Assembly: GCF_022045235.1 (NCBI RefSeq)
Contig: NW_027266266.1
Location: 5,017,848-5,081,847 of the forward strand
Direction: 5' to 3'
Origin: Haliotis cracherodii
Lineage: Eukaryota
DNA: 64,000 nucleotides
Shown: in pieces, positions 60,151-64,000 of the stretch
Numbering within the stretch: the stretch's first letter is position 1
How the letters are laid out: every line of letters starts with the position of its first letter
Program-made: the position numbers and the translations under genes
Notes under the pieces: model-generated
Told to the model about the DNA's origin: nothing
Databases searched by the model: none
Seen by the model: only the letters and a program-made list of their open reading frames with translations

Positions 60151-60444
60151 CACCAACTGCTGCACCAGTCTCTCGTGCTCGGCCTCTGAGTTTGAAACAG
60201 ATCCTCGGCTGTAGTGGCGTATCACAAGGTCAATGAGGTCATGTTTTTCACGGCACATATTGGTTGGAATGTTGTGGCTGTCAAGGAAACATCTCATGTC
60301 CTTGACCTTCCACTCTTGCAAGATTTGGCGGCTAAAGTTCCCAGAGACAATAATTCGGCACTTTTGACATTGTCTATCACGTTTATTTGCCTCTTTTGGC
60401 AGACAAGTTGAGCAAAATTGGCGTTTACAATCTCTGCACATTTT
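60151..60444 (-). CDS. RNF34/RFFL (CARP)-like E3 ligase, FYVE-like zinc-finger exon (KMCRDCKRQFCSTCLPKEANKRDRQCQKCRIIVSGNFSRQILQEWKVKDMRCFLDSHNIPTNMCREKHDLIDLVIRHYSRGSVSNSEAEHERLVQQLV)
   Basis: Frame is anchored by ORF 60127..60465(-). The acceptor tttcttctcttccag|AAA has a strong polypyrimidine tract and the donor is GTG|GTAAGA. Matches human RNF34 ...HVCCDCKKDFCSVCS...CSTC...[38 protein letters not shown] in motif order and spacing. Confidence 0.8.
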
Positions 60445-60679
60445 CTGGAAGAGAAGAAATGTCAATTACTGTACAATGTTTATGGACTCTTAAATATTGG
60501 TTGTACCTATTGATACCATTACATTAAACTATAGACCTGATTAACAGAGCAGAACGAATGCTCCCTCGATTTCAACATTAGTCATGTCATTTAATGTATG
60601 AACCATAATTTGATGAACATGTTGGAGACTTAATTTCCTTCTTATATCAAATGATAATTTTAAGGTTAATCCATGTTTA

Positions 60680-60960
60680 TCCTGTATCGTTGTGTTTTGT
60701 TTGTTTGTTGTTTAACGCCGCACTCAGCAATATTCAAGCTATATGACGGCTGTCTGTAAATAATTGAGTCTGGACCAGATAATCCAGTGATTGACATCAT
60801 GAGCATCGATCCACACAATTGGGATACGATGACATGCATCAACTAAGTCGGTGAGTCTGACCACCCGATCCCGTTAGTCGCCCCTTACTACAAGCATTGT
60901 TGGGGCAAGCATGGGTTGCGGAAGACCTATTCTACCCCGGATCTTCACGGGTCTGTATCA
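60680..60960 (-). mobile_element. SINE family C
   Basis: gtgttttgtttgtttgttgtttaacgccgcactcagcaatattcaagctatatgacggctgtctgtaaataattgagtctggaccagataatccagtgattgacatcatgagcatcgatccacacaattgggatacgatgacatgcatc...gggttgcggaagacctattctaccccggatcttcacgggtc. Confidence 0.85.
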
Positions 60961-60992
60961 TTGTGGATGGAAACTAGTGTCATGTTTGTTTG

Positions 60993-61160
60993 AGTGAGTG
61001 AGTGAGTATGGTTTTACGCCGCTTTTAGCAATATTCCAGCAATAGCATGGCGCGGGACACCAGAAATGTGCTTCACACATTGTACCCATGTCGGGAATCG
61101 AACCCGGGTCTTCGGCGTGACGGGTGAACACTTTAACCACTAGGCTACCCGACCGCCCAA
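60993..61160 (-). mobile_element. SINE family A
   Basis: gagtgagtgagtgagtatggttttacgccgcttttagcaatattccagcaatagcatggcgcgggacaccagaaatgtgcttcacacattgtacccatgtcgggaatcgaacccgggtcttcggcgtgacgggtgaacactttaaccactaggctacccgaccgcc. Confidence 0.85.
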
Positions 61161-61589
61161 CATCATGTTTGTCTGAACATGCCTTTAATCATGTTAATAA
61201 ACAACTTACTTCTTACTGACTCAAGAATTACTTAAGATTATTATTGGTAATCGATATTGATGTAGGAATGATAACAGCTTTTCACTGTCAAGTCTTGATA
61301 TTGGTATACACAATGTCGACAATGACAACATTTCTACAAAAACATTTCTTATTTCAACTGCATTTTTCACACAATTATCTGACATAAGATGTCCCACTGG
61401 GTTAGAAGCTGACTAGTGAGGATCACATCATCATGAAAGACTGGGTTCAATAATAACAATAATAACAATAATAATAACAATAATAACAACAAAAATAATC
61501 ATCATAATAATGCACCAGATTCCATTTAACTAAGTGAATGCTCGAAACACAAAACCATTAGCACCCCAATCAATGGATTGGTGCGCTCT

Positions 61590-62690
61590 TTTCTCTTTCT
61601 CAGCTCTCTGGAAGCATACAACCAAACTGCCTGAGAGTCACATTACCATCTCATCCTACCGGGTACCCATTCACTGCTGACTGTGTGGAGCATACAACCA
61701 AGCTGCCTGTGAGTCACATTACCATCTCATCCTACCGGGTACCCATTCACTGCTGACTGTGTGAAGCATACAACCAAGCTGCCTGTGAGTCACATTACCA
61801 TCTCATCCTACCGGGTACCCATTCACTGCTGACTGTGTGGAGCATACAACCAAGCTGCCTGTGAGTCACATTACCATCTCATCCTACCGGGTACCCATTC
61901 ACTGCTGACTGTGTGGACCATACAACCAAGCTGCCTATGAGTCACATTGCCATCTCATCCTACCGGGTACCCATTCACTGCTGACTGTGTGGACCATACA
62001 ACCAAGCTGCCTGTGAGTCACATTACCATCTCATCCTACCGGGTACCCATTCGCTGCTGACTGTGTGGAGCATACAACCAAGCTGCCTGTGAGTCACATT
62101 ACCATCTCATCCTACCGGGTACCCATTCACTGCTGACTGTGTGGAGCATACAACCAAGCTGCCTGTGAGTCACATTACCATCTCATCCTACCGGGTACCC
62201 ATTCACTGCTGACTGTGTGGAGCATACAACCAAGCTGCCTGTGAGTCACATTACCATCTCATCCTACCGGGTACCCATTCACTGCTGACTGTGTGGACCA
62301 TACAACCAAGCTGCCTGTGAGTCACATTACCATCTCATCCTACCGGGTACCCATTCACTGCTGACTGTGTGGAGCATACAACCAAACTGCCTGTGAGTCA
62401 CATTACCATCTCATCCTACCGGGTACCCATTCACTGCTGACTGTGTGAAGCATACAACCAAGCTGCCTATGAGTCACATTGCCATCTCATCCTACCGGGT
62501 ACCCATTCACTGCTGACTGTGTGGAGCATACAACCAAGCTGCCTATGAGTCACATTACCATCTCATCCTACCGGGTACCCAATCACTGCTGACTGTGTGG
62601 AGCATACAACCAAGCTGCCTATGAGTCACATTGCCATCTCATCCTACCGGGTACCCATTCACTGCTGACTGTGTGTCATCATGCCAAGAC
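61590..62690. repeat. 76-bp satellite x about 14 (CATACAACCAAGCTGCCTGTGAGTCACATTACCATCTCATCCTACCGGGTACCCATTCACTGCTGACTGTGTGGAG)
   Basis: Direct periodicity. A single-copy diverged relative lies at 57040-57125 (caacccaagctgcctgtgaggcac...ctactgggtacccgttcactgatggctgaacgg). Confidence 0.95.
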
Positions 62691-62907
62691 ATGGCTCTTG
62701 ATATCAACCACTGGCTTTGATTTGATTATTTCCATGCCACTGTGATACAGATAATGGTTACCAATGTTGCTTTGAAACAAGAGAAGGGATTGATCACTTT
62801 ATCTTCCTGCAAAGGGGAGACCTGATATTTTGTTCAAGATGGATATCTTTTTTGTTCTCAGGTTTTTTATCTTTTCCATTATTGTCATGATGTTAGCTCT
62901 GAATCCT

Positions 62908-63068
62908 CAGGTGGGGTAGCCTAGTGGTTAAGGGTTCCCCTGTCCGGCCAAAGACTCAGGTTTGATTACCCACATGGGTTCAATGTGTGAAGCCCATTTC
63001 TGGTGTCCCCTGCCATGATATTGCTGGAATATTGCTAACAACGGCGTTAAACAATACTCACTGAATCC
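62908..63068 (+). mobile_element. SINE family A
   Basis: ggtggggtagcctagtggttaagggttcccctgtccggccaaagactcaggtttgattacccacatgggttcaatgtgtgaagcccatttctggtgtcccctgccatgatattgctggaatattgctaacaacggcgttaaacaatactcactg. Confidence 0.8.
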
Positions 63069-64000
63069 TCAAACTCTTAATAATCAAATCGATTTAATTC
63101 TCCATGGATTCTCTACCTTAAATCATACATTTATCTGAGTTTATGTTACTTCACTTTAATTAACTGAAAGTCACAGCATCAGGCACGAATGTCAGAAGTT
63201 AAAGGCTGATATCAACTGCCTTCACCAGTTTTATCACGTGAAACACCAATACTGACCAGTGTTCATTATCAAGGGGGTACAAGGGTCCTTGGAATTGCTT
63301 TCTAATACAGCAGAACACGGATATAACAAACTACAAGGGACCAGAGAAATCAGTTCATTATATCCCTTGTTCGTTATACACGTTTTCGCTCGGAAACGTC
63401 CGCCATCTTGGATAAGACAAAACACAATACACGTAATTGCAGAGTTACACGTGAAATCTTCATGGCCTAATTTCACTGCAAGTTCGTCAGCTTTGGTCTT
63501 TCTTTGTTTTTATGCCAGCATCAACAGCATTAACAATTCTCAATTTCATGTCTGAACTGATAGCTTTCCTCTTATTATTGCCCGCCATGACAGCATATGC
63601 AAGTGTACTAACACTTGGACACAATCTCGTAAAATGTATATGTTTAATGTTTGTTTAACAGACAAGATTACATGTACAGGTAAGATTAACACAATGCAAT
63701 TTAACAAGAATGGTCCGTCACCGCTGATCGTATTGATTCGCCACCATTGTGTTAATTCGCCACTGATTGCGTACAGCCAATTGTCAGTGACACTTGACAC
63801 TGAGTGAGATTTCTCAGTTCGCTATACACGTCACTAATTAGTGATAGATGGGCTTGTCGGTGATCAGATATCAGTTCGCTGTATCCATTCGTTCGCTGGA
63901 GAGAGTTCGTTATATACGTAAATTTTCTATGATATATTACAGGAAATAAATCGGGGATTTTTTAACAGTTCATTGTATCCGTTTGTTCGCTATCCGTTTG

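Noticed and set aside
1666-62690. CRISPR-like regular repeat arrays at 1666-2005, 26395-27055, 32095-33425, 52380-52865, 57180-57800 and 61590-62690.
   Set aside because: The units are contiguous, with no unique spacers. The context is eukaryotic, intronic or intergenic, with no cas genes and spliced genes nearby. These are mini- and microsatellites.
1-64000. A prokaryotic-style novel system such as a defence island, operon or toxin-antitoxin pair.
   Set aside because: The window is eukaryotic: genes are split by GT-AG introns, with SINEs, MITEs and AATAAA signals. There is no operon-like arrangement of intronless ORFs, so no such system can be claimed.

Overview
This window is eukaryotic nuclear DNA, not a prokaryotic locus. 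It has spliced multi-exon genes with GT-AG introns, AATAAA signals, tRNA-derived SINEs, MITEs with terminal inverted repeats, and many mini- and microsatellites. MVP orthology and SINEs with (GAGT)n/(CAAA)n tails fit an invertebrate metazoan, possibly a mollusc, but the organism cannot be proven from sequence alone.

Two protein-coding genes are supported by homology that I recognise by eye.

- Major vault protein (MVP), + strand. The full coding region lies in 14 exons from 26034 to 39846, about 858 aa. It is collinear with human MVP from the MVP-repeat region to the coiled-coil C-terminus.
- An RNF34/RFFL (CARP)-like RING E3 ligase, - strand. Its 3' part is visible: a FYVE-like zinc-finger exon at 60151-60444, a Ser/Pro-rich linker exon at 59642-59728, a conserved pre-RING exon at 57911-58112, and a terminal C3HC4 RING exon at 54084-54262. 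The 5' exons lie beyond 60444 and are not identified. The two genes are convergent (tail to tail).

About a quarter of the window is interspersed repeat. At least four tRNA-derived SINE families (A, B, C, D) are present in more than 40 copies or fragments. Families A, B and C share a conserved ~45-nt 3' module. There are at least four MITE-like TIR families, a dispersed repeat dense in TGACGTCA palindromes, and more than a dozen tandem arrays. These include a 1.3-kb array of 41-bp units starting about 10 nt after the MVP exon-6 donor, and a 4-5x tandem duplication of the RNF34-like FYVE-exon donor region.

I found no CRISPR array, operon or defence-type system, and none is expected in a eukaryotic window. 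The long ORFs in the supplied track are mostly tandem-repeat or SINE read-through artefacts. Coordinates are anchored to the ORF track where possible; features not anchored this way may be off by 1-2 nt.
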